Positions 31,801 to 44,500 of a DNA stretch of 64,000 bases are shown one piece after another. The DNA comes from Lingula anatina (lineage: Eukaryota > Animalia > Brachiopoda). Numbering within the stretch: the first letter of the stretch is position 1; each line of letters opens with the position of its first letter. Below the pieces are notes generated by a model. That model searched no databases. It had not been told where the DNA came from and worked only from the letters and a program-made list of their open reading frames with translations. Made by a program: the position numbers and the translations under genes. The stretch is taken from assembly GCA_051362555.1 (NCBI GenBank), contig CM120642.1, forward strand, positions 10,912,001-10,976,000, read 5' to 3'.

Positions 31801-32846
31801 AGAGCAGCGAGGAGGATGGGTCTAATTGTAGTGATTGCACTAATCCTGGCTGCTCCTTAAATGATAGTGGTTGCGTCTCTGATATTAGCTTAGATTGCTC
31901 ACAAAAGAATCAAATCTTTTCTAGTAAAGATGATAGTGATCAGTTCTCTCCAGAGCGCCAGGAGAGTGAGAGTAGCGATAACCAATCAAATCACAGTGAT
32001 AGTTTCTCCCAGCATTCCAATGCATCCAGTGGCAGTTCAAACGATTGTCAGCCTACATTCACTAATCGCCCTAGACGGCCTGCATTTATTAAGAAAATTA
32101 ATGGAGTGACACATAGGTTATTAAGACCAATCAAAGATATTCCTCCTAGGTTTCAAAGAATCTTATCGGCTGAAACCTCAAAACAGCATAACTGGAAATT
32201 AGAAGGTCCACCATTAGTTGTACCAATGAATAGCATGTCACCAGAGTATGTAGGTAGTCCAACAGAAACTTCAGAATCTTCACAAATCTCTTTCAACCCC
32301 AATGCACAGTGCTTTATTCCAGGACAGGTTTATAGTAGCAGTGAGCCTGCAGGGCAGGGGTATTGTGCCGCTGTCAGCAACACCACTTCTGCAGTCACAC
32401 AGCCTGCCACATATGTGGAAAGCATGGGCAGTTCGAATGGTGTAGGTGGCTTAAATGGTACAGTCAGCACCAGTGGTGCTGTTGTAAGTGGAACTACAAG
32501 TAGCTGTGGTGATAACAATACCCCAGCCCAACAGCTCACAGCTGCTCCTACATATACTATTCACTTAACAGGTGCTCCACCTAACTACTCTGCCGCCTAT
32601 GGTGACGGTAACTGCTGCTTTGCTTCATCTGTGCCTCCTTTCTCTTCCACTGCAGGGTACTACCCCACCCCTGGGAGCCCCAGTGCTGGCCCAGTCCCCC
32701 CTCTTCCCCAGGGGACGGTCTATTATTCCAGTGAGGTTTTTCCCAGTCAACAACAGTTTGTTCCTTACCAGCCTCCAGTTATGTATGCGCCTGCACCCCT
32801 CCAGCAAGGACAGTACCAGCAAGCCCAGTACCCAATGTCTGTGTGA
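4801..32846 (+). CDS. OTUD4: OTU-domain + Tudor-like + low-complexity protein of the OTUD4/ALG13/Drosophila Otu family (21 exons, ~1129 aa)
   Basis: Exons 4801-4914, 7814-7897, 9242-9292, 9950-9996, 10291-10360, 11202-11283, 15416-15557, 15769-15814, 18217-18340, 20237-20405, 22680-22738, 24772-24840, 26926-27076, 27269-27355, 27946-28068, 29237-29351, 29859-29952, 30197-30280, 30623-30919, 31254-31294, 31506-32846. All GT-AG, phases consistent, total 3390 nt. Family motifs: [85 protein letters not shown]. No N-terminal glycosyltransferase domain seen. The middle low-complexity exons are less certain. Confidence 0.9.
5493..5661. mobile_element. ~169-bp MITE with hAT-like TIRs, copy 1
   Basis: CAGGGGCGGATC ... 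AATCCGCCCTTG inverted ends; diverged second copy at 10725-10892. Confidence 0.7.
6272..6497. mobile_element. Degenerate MITE
   Basis: Left TTTCCATAGATTTTTAGATCGATCTA versus right TAGATCGATCTAAATCTCTGGGAAA form imperfect inverted ends around a GC-richer core. Confidence 0.4.
10725..10892. mobile_element. ~168-bp MITE with hAT-like TIRs, copy 2
   Basis: Colinear with 5493-5661; ends GAGGGGCAGATC ... AATCCACCCCTG. Confidence 0.7.
13684..13726. repeat. Interrupted (TG)n microsatellite
   Basis: Directly visible. Confidence 0.95.
18896..19197. repeat. ~300-bp degenerate foldback (old MITE or long hairpin) in OTU-gene intron 9
   Basis: Outer arms 18896-18929 / ~19164-19197 match at 29 of 34 positions; middle arms ~18950-18980 / ~19108-19139; inner perfect 12-bp pair TCAGGTGAATAA / TTATTCACCTGA. 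Confidence 0.7.
21375..21446. repeat. 36-bp tandem duplication
   Basis: ATTTCAAATCTTAGCAATCCAAACTAAGCTAAGCTC followed by ATTTTAAATCTTAACAATCCAAACTAAGCTAAGATC. Confidence 0.85.
24904..25237. mobile_element. Non-autonomous DNA transposon (MITE), Kolobok-like ends, copy 2
   Basis: TTAA | AGGGATAATAACTCTTC ... GAAGAGTTATTATCCCT | ATAA; homologous to 2539-2894. Confidence 0.75.
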
Positions 32847-35750
32847 CCTGCAAGGCTTTGGCCATTTGTTTCTGTAGTGTGCCTTTGAAAGCCTACTTGT
32901 GGCATAGAATAGAATTGAGGAGTACAACTGTGCATCATGTGATTTGGTTTCAAAATGTTTTTTTCCCATAAATTGAAAAATGAAGTCTCTTTCTTCCAAT
33001 GCGTGAATTTCTATGTGACAAAGTGTCAAAATATTTTGCCAGCACGTGGAGCACAGGTTGACTTGTATACCAAGAAAAGAAAGTGGCATGTTAAAGGCCT
33101 GCAACAATAGACTTGCATGAATTTGAGATGTCATAGTTCTTTTTTTTTTGGGTGAGTGATGATAGAAGTTGTTAATAACAATAAATTTGAGGTGAAGGAA
33201 GTTGATTATATCTACAGTGCTTACTTTCTCCCTGTAAAATTTATTCTCTTCTGCTTCATGTTGTTTAGATGTATTTGCTTTGATAACTGTATATATTTTT
33301 CTTTTTCTTGTTATTATTGTGGTAAAGGCATTATTATTATTATTACAATTATTTACTGCTATTATCTGTGTTTATCCTTTAAGAGGCCTCGTCTTTTGTA
33401 TTGTGTGCTTTGCATATTCAAAGTTCTTGTTTTTGTAGGAGATAGATATAGATTCAATTTTAATGTTTCATGTGTTCCATTTCCAGTACAAAGCAACAAA
33501 TTGAACATGGAATTGTGAAGTATTCAGAAAACGGGCCTAGAAACCTAGTTTGAATGTAGTAAATGTTTGTCAGTACAAGCCAAATAAATTTGATTCAAGG
33601 GCATTATTTTTATATCCTTGAGCGATCTTAAAAACACCTTCAGTTATAGATGCAACATTTCCCCAAACACAAGTGTGCGTGTGTGTTCATATTTGTGATA
33701 CATGTCTTACATTTTTTTATGTAAAATCTTCACTTTAAATTTTTATGAAGATTCATGTCTTTTTCATGTGCTGCTATCTTTGTTATGATCTCTAGAAATT
33801 TTCTGTTGGATGGACATTTATAAGGTACTCTATTTTAGGAGAGAAGAATCTTTGTGGATGTCTGAAGAAAATTAATTCTTGATAACAGCCATTTTATTTT
33901 CCATGATGGCTTTTTTAGTCCAGTTATACCAAAGGCTGGTTAACCTATTAGACCAAAGGCTGGTGTTTCATTTTTGTGCATTATTTTTAAAAAGTTCAGT
34001 AGTAGTTAGTAGTATATCAAAAGCTGCCTGGTGAACAACATTTAGGCTCTTTGTAAATATCAGTAGGTAATTATTTATGTTGTAGTTTGGTTAAATGTAG
34101 TTAGTAGAAGTTAGGTAGGATGTTATAGTTGTAGAAGTAGGTGTAATTATTTTGTTTGTTGGCACCATTATTTATAAAAAAAAAGTGAATTATATATTGA
34201 AAAATTCTATTATTATAATAATATTTTAAGCTTAAAGCTTTAAAACATTCCAATAATCATGTTGAATTTTGTGCAATGTTTATATTATAAATATGTCATT
34301 GCACACAAAGCAAAATGTGCATGTCACATGATGTGACATCCTAAAGAGACCATATAAGAATATATAAGGGTGTTAGTCTTAAATGTAACTTTAACACTTT
34401 TAAGTTAAAAAAAATACATTCATTCTCCGATCAGCTGATCTGTAACACACTTTTTGTCCATTTACTTAATTACTTGAGTAAATAACTATATTTTTATGTG
34501 TGGTGGTCGCTGTAATTTAATTCTTCCAATCAGAAAAGTCCATAAGTGTGTGCAAGTTGGTAAAAGTTAAAATTTGTTGCATAATCAACTTAACTTTATC
34601 TATTTGTCAGGTGTGGGAAGCTGTGGAAAAGCACATTAAGAAATGTTTTGTGCACTGCCATTAAATCAATTTTGAATTAATTTTAAAAAAGGGCAGGCTG
34701 TCCTCATTACTACTTTTTATTAAGTTTTGAAATCACGAAATACATTACTGTACCAGATAATTCTTCTTATTAATAATTTATAAAGCAATGAACTTTTAAT
34801 TTCAGTACTTGGTAGAAGACCAGTTTTGCAGTGTTGTTCGTCTAGTAAAATTTTATGCAGTATAAGGAGTCAGTTTGATTAATTTTATACATACATCTAA
34901 CAATTCGAATCACATAACATCAATTTTAAGAACTTGAAAGAGGAAAAATGTTGCAATAGACCTTTTCCCCTGATGTGCAACATTTTGAAGTTTCAAGATC
35001 TAGTCTTTGTCAATAAATTTTGTATCCTTTTTTCGGAAATGATTTGTGCCAGTGAAATTTTAATTGGTGTAGTATGGAATAATTGCCACATTGAATTAAT
35101 TCTTCGTTGTTCTACAAATTTTTGCTTTAAAAAACCTCGCATTTAAAGATGTAATTTTAAACATCTTTCTTAAGCTTTTTTTCTTCTTGTCAGTTTCAGT
35201 CAGAATTCTGACAATGTTCATGCCAACTCTTTTGATGGTTTGTTGATGATATTTATCATATATCACGATGTAAATTTTTGTTGGCATTGGACTCTGTCGA
35301 GTGGAAGTTTGTTTTTACTCATCTTTTGAATGTTTGCCATTGGCGCTTGCATTTGTTGAAAAGAGATTGAGGTGTGCTCAAATCTTTTGTCAAATAAGAA
35401 AAAATATTGTTTTAAATTAGTTTTTGAGTAAAAACAGTCATCATTAACAAACAGATTATGGTGAGATAAGTCCTACTTTAAAGGTATGTAATAAGATCAA
35501 CAGATAAAGAACAATAAAGGACTGTGCAAAAGTGTTTTAAATGGTTTTTAATGCAGAATGAGCCTAAAAGCTGTACATTTTCTTTCTTTATAATAATTTC
35601 AGTTCAGTTTACAATGCGTGGTAAATTATAACCTTTTTAATTTATTTGACATTTTGGCTAGTTTAATCCAAAGAAAAGTGAATGCAAACAAATTCTAATT
35701 AAATATCCTCCCCTGGGAGACAAGATTGTCAACACAGCTGGCAATGACCA

Positions 35751-35898
35751 GGCCCCCGTATCTCGAAAGCATCGCGTATTGCGAATAGCTATATCAAATA
35801 GAGGCTACAATGTATTATATGGGACGAGTATGGGCAAGTTATGGAATAGAGCGATTGTGCACGGCTGCAATGCGTGATGCTTTCGAGATACGGAGGCC
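35751..35898. mobile_element. 148-bp MITE, Harbinger-like ends
   Basis: 32-bp TIRs GGCCCCCGTATCTCGAAAGCATCGCGTATTGC / GCAATGCGTGATGCTTTCGAGATACGGAGGCC (3 mismatches), in a CAG-like flanking context. Confidence 0.75.
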
Positions 35899-36442
35899 CA
35901 GGCATCAAACTGTAATGTGTACTGCACATAATTGTACTTATTGTAAAGTCTACTGAACAGATAATTTGAACTTAAATATATTGTTATTATGATAACAACC
36001 CATAGCAATTTAATAATAATAATATGTAACGTTGCTACACCAATACCTTGGTTTGGCCACTTTCAGTACACAACCCGTTGCCCTGTACATAATTCAGATT
36101 TTAAAAATGGAATGAAGATCAAAGGGGATTAATTCTTGCAACAATCTGGGCAATTTGTACAAATGTTTGGAGACAAATCATTTTTAAATTTTTTTTTTTA
36201 TTTAAAAGTACATAAACCACTTCTTGTTTAACTTAACTAAGGAAAAACATCATTTTTACAGAAAAATGCCACGAATAAATGTTGCCAAAAATAATCTTAA
36301 CACTAATAATTAATCACCTGACAAAACTTGCCACATGTTACCATCTTGAAACAGTTTTGAACTGTGTACAACCAAGAAGTCACTGCTCTAAGTTATGGCA
36401 AACTTTAAAAAACCCAGGCTTGAGCGTGGGTTAGGGACTTCT

Positions 36443-36820
36443 TCATTTTCCAGATCGCATTCTATAAAATCTCATCCTCCGTTGCCGCATCGCTTGCCAT
36501 TGGATCATGACGGTTGCACTCGTATCTGTCGTGTGTATAGCTTCTTCATCTTCTTCGTTTTGTTGTTGCACAAAATCGACAAACACATTTTTCAAAGCAA
36601 CCGCGACCGCCATTAACTTTCTAACTTCCTACTGCACATGCGTCAAGGTATCAGAATCTCCTCCGAGCACAGCCGAGAATTATTTACAGCTTTGGAAGTA
36701 ACTGGCCCGCGCTGCCAGTAATTACGCCACGGGATATTCAGGGCACAGACCGTGATCACAAGATATACCGCGAATAAAAAATAGATTTTTAGAAAACAGA
36801 CTTTCCATGTGAACGAAGCC
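36443..36820 (-). mobile_element. Truncated PIF/Harbinger-type element: one TIR plus a short internal ORF
   Basis: ~36698-36820 is homologous to the terminal sequence of the MITE at 38311-38592 and ends GAACGAAGCC|TAA. The CpG-rich interior has a 56-aa minus-strand ORF at 36613-36443 (MAVAVALKNVFVDFVQQQNEEDEE...RQRRMRFYRMRSGK). Confidence 0.6.
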
Positions 36821-37143
36821 TAATTCTTTGATAGGTATCTTTCTTTGAGTAATTGTCAAAAATGTCAAAATATCTTTTCCAGTTTTTTAAATCTTAGATT
36901 CCAATGTTGATTGCCATGAGACTCCAAGCACTAGGTTTAACTAACTGCAGTCTAGGATTCATCCACTATTCAGTGTTGAATGTTTCGCTTTTCATTTATA
37001 AAAGCAGAGCATGCCATTCAAGATTGATTTTGCAGTATATCTCACAAAATCGATCACAGCATTTGACATGCAAAATAGGCAGGCCAAACTTGCTGCTCTC
37101 TGTAGGTGCTGCTGATAATTTACTGCCAAATTTCGATTTTATA

Positions 37144-40100
37144 TCACCTGTCCACATTGACTAAAGTCGTTTCAACTAGATTCCTGGCCTCTCTTGCTCG
37201 TATGAATGAGCGCTGTAAACAATTCTGTAGTTTGTCATTAGAGAGAGGACTGCCCCCTACAGAAAATAAAGAATTAAAAAAAATCAATACAAAAGTTTGT
37301 TGCTTAATTTTTGACTGACCAATTAATCTCAAACCAAAATTTGCAGAAAAAAGGTTTCTGCCATGGAAATGTAAACATGAAATACCTGGCTTGTGTACAA
37401 AACATATCTTGTCTTTTTCTGTTGTAACTATGGTAACTTTTCCCGTGGCAAGGTTTTCCTCTTCATCTGTTGGATCAGCAAATACAATGCAACTGAAAAC
37501 ACAGTTTTGGATCGAAACAATAATAAGAATAACAACAGTCCAAAAACAATTAATTAATAGAAGAATCAAAGATTCATTTAATTCACTGATCATATTACTC
37601 CAGTTTGTTCCAGAATCCAGCCTTAATGTTTACTCATCACTGCAAAAAGATATAACACAAATTTAAAATATAAGCACAGGCTACTTACACAGAAAACAGG
37701 GAGATTACATTACTTTGAAGTACTAGTATTGATACATGCACTTTTACAACACTAACATTGGCAACCCTGTTAACTTACTCATCAAATATGGCAAATGTAG
37801 TGGCAACAGGCTGGCACAGGATGTTCAACCCCCACTTCTCCTGTATGTGTGTCTCCAAGTTACCCGACTCCTCATTGAGTGTCACTTTGGGCAGGGAAAC
37901 TGTAAACAAATATATCATTACAGGATGTTGTGTGTTAAGCTGGTTATTATTATTTTTTATTGAAAAGAAGTCAAATATGTTACGACTGTTATGTTAGTGA
38001 AAAATACTGTTGTTACAACTTAACTGTAAATCAACAAATCTTCAATAGGACACGATGAATAGGGTCAATGGAAGGAAACCAAGCTACCCACCATTTTTAA
38101 GGGCTGCCATTAAAGCCAGCACACAAGCATCAGTCACATTCCCATCATAGTCCAGACAAACCAGGTCACAGTACAGAACCCACACATGCTGGAAGTGTAA
38201 CAGAGATTTCAATGATGCCATCATTTCTTAAATAATTGAACTAACTCCTTCCCCCTTTTTTTCCATTTTTATATAAAAGCCCTCGTCAAAGATTGCGAAT
38301 AATACATTAAGGCTTCGTTCACATGCAATGTCTATTTTCTATTTTCTATTTTCTATTTTCGGTATGTCTTATGATCACGGTCTGTGCACTGAATATCCCG
38401 CGGCGTAATTACTGGCAGCGCGAGCCAGTTACTATAAGTTACTATAAGTAATTACTATAATTATTATTATAATTATTATAATTATTATAAGTAATTACGC
38501 GGCGGGATATTCAGTGCACAGACCGTGATCATAAGACATACCGAAAATAGAAAATAGAAAATAGAAAATAGACATTGCATGTGAACGAAGCCTAAGTTTC
38601 CCTGCATACATTTTTCTGTTGGTTGCATATATAATATTGCACAAGAAGTTGTGATCAGTACTTTTCTACTAAGTGAACTAGGTTTTAAAAAGTTAAGGTA
38701 ATTTGAAGGGTAACTAACTTGCTTTATATTGTATTGTATAATAACAAACCTTTCCTGCTTTAATACATAAATCCTTTGGATCTATACAGCCAGAACTGAA
38801 AACAATGTTAATTTTTTTTAAAAGAATATACATGTATTCTAAAAGAGACATCATCTCAGAAAAATCAAATTTTGTCCGATGCTAAATAATCTAAATACTT
38901 GCACTATATATGTGCTTGAGATTCATAAAGTTTTCCTTTATTCTAGCATCCTTAAGGTGTATTCAAGATTCTTTTCAGAATAAAATGCAAATCCTTGACT
39001 CTACCTTTAAATTTCACAACAGAATAATTTAACACTGTATTTTCACATCTTTAAATATGTTTGAAACCATGTTTTCTTTTCTGTATCTCACTTTTGAATG
39101 ACTTCCACCATAAACTGGCTGACCACCTGGGCCTGCTCACTTGGGGGGCCTGGACGGAATCTAGGGGAACACAACGCTGGGAGGTCAACATTGGGAACTG
39201 GAATGTAAGTAGCAGATAAAAATTTACTGCGTTACCAGTTAACCTGATCATATCTTTATCTGAAAAATTAGTGATTTTAATATTTTATACCTTGCAGAAC
39301 AAAAACAGATATAAAAACATCTGTTTGTCACATGGAATTCCATATCAAGAGCTAAATTAATATTGTGATGTTAACAAATTGGGTTCATATGAAGTTCAGG
39401 CATTTGCAAGATGCAGCTATCAGATGGAAAGAAGAATGTACAGGATTTGTATAGACCAGTTTATATGCAAAATCATCATTAATGATATATGCTATATAAC
39501 ATCAGGACAAATCAATTCTGTTTTACCTATTATCCCTTTATCTGGTTCTTCACTCTTTGGGTTTGTCACCTCCTAAAATTTAAATAAATATTATGCTGTA
39601 CTTATGATACAAATGTTGCACACAATGTCAATTTTTGCCCTAAACTTTTCATTCTACTTTGAAAGTACAGCTTAGAATAAAGATAATCATTTTACACAGT
39701 TAAAACTCATCAAAAGTACAACATGGGATTTTAATTATTGATATAGTTTATATATTGAAATGATTCAAGAAGACCATCTTTCCATTCAGTGAACTTTTTC
39801 CTATTTATCTCTTTCTCCTTTTTTTGATATCCCAGTCATTTACTTACAGCTTTGACACCACAAAGCACTGTGGTATTCCCCAATTTCACTAGGGCAGATC
39901 CCTCTGCTGTAGAAATAGAACCTAAAACAAAACCGTATAACAAAGTGTGGATAAGAAGTAGAAAGGAACACTGGTTAATATCATGAGAGATAAGAAAATG
40001 CAGAAATCCATTACTTGTGCCTCATGCTGAATATACCTTCTGGTGCTGTCTTTCTCTTCATGAAATCTTTCTATTCAAACTTGTCTGAGATATTACATTA

Positions 40101-41293
40101 ATTCCTGCACTTTATTGCTCTAAATAAAAATGAAAAATACATTCCACTGCAAAAGGTGTCACTGTATTTAATTTTGATAACAAAATATCTAAGCAATATG
40201 TCTGTCATGTCCTTTGTACACTTAAATCTTTTCTTGTAATACTTAACTGAATTATAGTCTATATTAGAAATACTGATAATTCCAATATTACCTATGTTGA
40301 TCATTGTTGGACGTATTTCCCCCAGTTCACGTCCATCAGATCTGACATCTTTTTCCTGCAATAAAAAGTACCATTATTCCTATGTACATGAAATTTAAAA
40401 TAACTACTGCCATTATAATTTAATCATACCCTCATAATTCCAGGACGATTTATAAAAATGTCATGTATTCAAAATATAAAATATAACAATGATGGGATCT
40501 CTGGGGGAGGTCAGTGTTTTTAGCGATGTACATTGTATTCTGTTTGATGTAATTTATTGAGCATCATAGGATATTTATGTATGGCTAAGCTGCTATGCCA
40601 GGGATATACCATGTTCTTAATACACAGTTATCACAATGGCAATGACTCTAATAAGTGATAATAATAATATAACAATTACAGCAACTAAGAAGGGCATTAA
40701 CATTTTTATTGACTGAAAATGACTCCACAATCCCCAAATTTGTGAATATTTTAACTTCTACTGTATTTCATTTTAGAATTTTACATCTTATTTTTCTGAC
40801 ATCTTTCCAAATACTTACCAAAAACTTTCTATAATATTCAACAGGCTGGGCTGTCCTGAAAAATATCACATCATTAAATGTCTCATTTGAGATAAATAAA
40901 ATGTATTTTTGATTTTCTGCAATTTATTAGCTGCTTTTTATTCGTATTGTGCTTCGGCAGAGGTTTTTGGGAATTTTATTTTTAAAACAACTTTATTCTA
41001 CTGCTGCTTAAGTTATCAATATACAGCTTCTACCCCAATAAAATTTGTCCATATCACTGTGTAGAAGAATGAACGAGTTACATTATGACATTGACAGGCA
41101 TTAATATTGGCCTGTTATACTAGTACTAGCATATGAGAAGGAAAAGGGAATGAGGCTGATGGCTGTATTTATCTGGGTCAATTAAAAACTAAATCAAAAT
41201 ATAAATCTTCTACTTTGAAGCCAGAAGATCATGTATGAGCCATCGGGCAGTGGTTGTTTGAAGACTTAGTTCTTACTTGAAGTCAGCTGCCAT
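37144..41293 (-). CDS. EXOSC8: Exosome complex component RRP43 (11 exons, 275 aa)
   Basis: Exons 41293-41277, 40855-40819, 40355-40292, 39921-39848, 39572-39527, 39197-39092, 38795-38750, 38188-38092, 37899-37779, 37492-37386, 37256-37144 total 828 nt in frame. [18 protein letters not shown]...[13 protein letters not shown]...[19 protein letters not shown]...[19 protein letters not shown]...[15 protein letters not shown]...DPTDEEE...VHKPGG (RNase PH fold). Confidence 0.97.
38311..38592. mobile_element. PIF/Harbinger (Tourist-like) MITE with 103-bp TIRs and TAA target duplication, in EXOSC8 intron 7
   Basis: TAA(38308-38310) | GGCTTCGTTCACATG...; arms 38311-38413 and 38490-38592 with one mismatch; ...CATGTGAACGAAGCC | TAA(38593-38595); AT-rich simple-repeat spacer. 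Confidence 0.9.
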
Positions 41294-41563
41294 GCTTTCT
41301 CAAGTTGTTGTTGCTTGAAAATAGGTCAAGTATCACTTCGCACTTTGGAAATCATCTACCATTATGGTAGTTGATGTACTCATATAGTCTACATCTTATA
41401 AACCATTTTACTTTCAAAGAATTATCAATTTTTATATTTTTAATAATAAAATTTTCTCTTTTCAAATATGGAGCAACACAACAGTAAAGTGCGAGATTCC
41501 GGAAGTAGAAAAACACGTGGAGAGAAAAGTGAACACAAACATCTTCCATGGCAAGGCGCTAAG
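41294..41563. promoter_or_regulatory. Bidirectional promoter EXOSC8 / POLR1E (270 bp between start codons)
   Basis: Divergent ATGs at 41293 (-) and 41564 (+); ETS/GABP-type CCGGAAGT at 41499-41506; AAGATGGC (YY1/TISU-like) over the POLR1E start. Confidence 0.7.
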
Positions 41564-44500
41564 ATGGCAGCGACGATTAAGTATCTCCCAAGCACGTCAA
41601 AGAATGAAGGGATTTTAGGTGCTAGCTTTGAATCAATTATATAGAGTTACACAATTAAAATTAGCTAATTCAGAAATGTCAATAAACATGCTTTTATATG
41701 TGTCCATTTTATAAAATTGGTATGAAATTGCTAAAAACTACATGTACTTCGTTTTTAGCAACTTTTGCCAATGGTCGGCTGAAAGGAGGCACTGACAACA
41801 TAAGATTTGGGTACTACAGGGGCAAAGAGGAGGCAGATCCTAAGAAATCAATGAAAAGAACATTGGTATGTACTAGTTCATGGGCCTTGCAGGTGAGGTG
41901 GAATTAGGGAGTGTGGGTCGGGGAGTTATGCTTTGATTAAGGTCCACAAATAATTATTTCTAATTTAGCTAGAGACTTGAAATTTGTCAAACAAATAGCT
42001 ACATATTTGAGTGTGAATAAACGGTTTGAATTATTGAACTAGTATAACTCATTTTGGTCAACAGTTATTCAAAGTTTAATGACACCATGTGACGTCCATT
42101 TTTTTCACATGCTTTTTTAAAAAATGAGTAAAAAGTTGCCACTTTTGTTTTTCACCCCCTAAATAAGTGATAAAGTATCAGTAATGTAATGTAATGGTTA
42201 AAGCAAAATTGTCTCTCTTAATATGAAAATAAAATCAGAACGTTTTTAATTAAGTATTGCTTCAGTATTACTGTACTGTGATCTATGTCATAAAATGATT
42301 ATGACATAAAAAAGAGTGGTATAAGTTAAGGATTGGAGACCTATGGATATCGTTTTAGTCTCTTATTTATTATTTATTGCAGGTTGCTGAAACGGACACA
42401 ATGGAATACATAGGTCAGAATCTTGACATACAAGCTCCAAGGACAGGAAGGATGTGCAAGTAAGAATTTTATTACATGTTTATTACTTGTAAGTGCTTTT
42501 AAGTCAAATGAAGAATAAATTAAATGGAAAAAGGTTATTTCAGAGATTTACGGTTTATCTAATCGGCTTCATTGTGCTAATACCAAGTCAAGCATCAACT
42601 AAGTGTTTATGTAGTTGCAAATTACATATAACTTAAAAAAAGAAATATAATTTTGAAAATTAATAATTTAGCACCCTAATGAAAATTTCATGTCTTTAAT
42701 TCTTTAATTTTTAACATGTCTTACATAATTAGATATCTAGTGGGAATATTGGACAAAGATAGTGGTAAAATGAAGGTGATGGATGCACAGCTTTTTCACA
42801 TGAGACCAAGATTTGATAAAGGTTGAGTACATTGTTCTTTTGTTTTTCAAATATTTCTTATATTAATAAATTTTAGATCACTGATTATTAGAACTGGCAG
42901 TGTTGATAATGGTGTATAATGTACAACATGATCAAAAGAGCAAAGTTGAGTTTTTTATCTAGAGAATTAATTTTATTTTAATTATACTCCTAAAATATGT
43001 TTTTAGATGAAACTGATGCACCCGATAAAGCAGAAGATAAAGAATTAAGTTTTATGGAAAAGGTAAACACCAAACTTTTATGCCCATTTCAATATAATAA
43101 ATTAAAAGGGCAATTTCTATAATGTTTAAGCTCAAAATAAATAGTGTAGAACTTATTAATTTAATAAATGTGTACAAATATATAAAGGTAAACAAGAACA
43201 CTACTTTTAACTTTTTTTAACATATTCTGTCATTTGAACAAAATGATGGCAGTAAAATGTTAAAGACGGTACAAATTATCTGTTAATGGCAATGCATCTC
43301 TGAGAAGAGAGGTTATAAAGGACTATATTAAATGTGAAGTGGTTAGTTTCTTTTTACTGCTAATATGAAATGTTCAATTCATTATCAGAATGACCTCCTT
43401 ACCAAAGCATTTGGCAGTAATAAGAAGAGGAAGGCCATGGACTCCAGAATAAGGAACCAGATCAAGGGCGAGGCCCTGGAGGTGGCTGTGGGAGCAGCAG
43501 TGGACCACACCCTCTCACTGCCCACTGCTGCACAGGTGACCAGTGGTAAGTGGACATAAGACAGTACAAGTTGAGGCCCACAAATTTACCTTTACAATTC
43601 AAGGAAATAAAAGATTTAAAGTTTCTTAAAGCAAGGTAAAACAGCAAGCTTATGTTTCTTTTCTTGTTAGTCGTTTTAATGTAAAATTTCACAAATATTC
43701 AGCATTTATTCGAGGTATTCATTTTCTCATTTGCAATATCTTCAGTCCCAAAAATAGTCGATGATTCTCCCTCTGGAATACCACCCTTTGATAAAGATGC
43801 TTCCAAACCTGAAGATGTCTATAAGCTGGATGATAGTATCCTTATGTATGTACACACAGTTGCACTTGCATACACTTATGCAAACATTCAAAGTGGATGT
43901 TGTTTCATACATATTCTAAATATTAGCAAATGGCTTTAGGTTAAACTGGATATAAAAGACAATTCAGCATTTAACCCCAAGTGTATTTACTGTTTTTTGT
44001 GAATAAACCCATTTTAAGTGATTTGTCACACTATATTTCACATAGCTTGGCAAAATACTTCTTAATACAACAGTATCACAGTCGTGGAATCAGAATGAAA
44101 CTAACAGCAGATGACATCTCAGGTATTTATGTACCTTGACCAATGTCCAGTTATTAGTCCTGCAGAGATGGAGGCCCTACACCATGTGGTCAAGCCGCTT
44201 ATGAATGCCACAAAAGAACAGATTGCTCAGTGGAAGAAAGACGAAGTGTATGTGTGCTGACTTTGAATTTGTGACATGTCTTCGTTGTAAATTCTCTGTA
44301 ATAGTTGTGTTTCTTTGATTTAGAGTAGGAGGACGATGAATGACTGACATTCAAAACATTTTCATTACTTTCTTCATTCAACCTGTAAGTGAAAAGGACA
44401 TTTTTATATTGAATATGGTGAAAGGTTTGAATTTGTTTCATCAATATCTCCATAATTTTTGAGCCAGTTAAATTTTTTTACCATAGCAGTTTTTCAGACT

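Noticed and set aside
32330-33518. Antisense and alternative-frame ORFs over the last OTU exon and its 3' UTR
   Set aside because: Shadow ORFs of a GC-richer coding exon, or AT-rich UTR sequence with no recognisable protein features.
39396-39479. Minus-strand C/D snoRNA candidate in EXOSC8 intron 5 (ATGATGA...CTGA...CTGA)
   Set aside because: No terminal stem and only a gapped resemblance to 18S; insufficient support.
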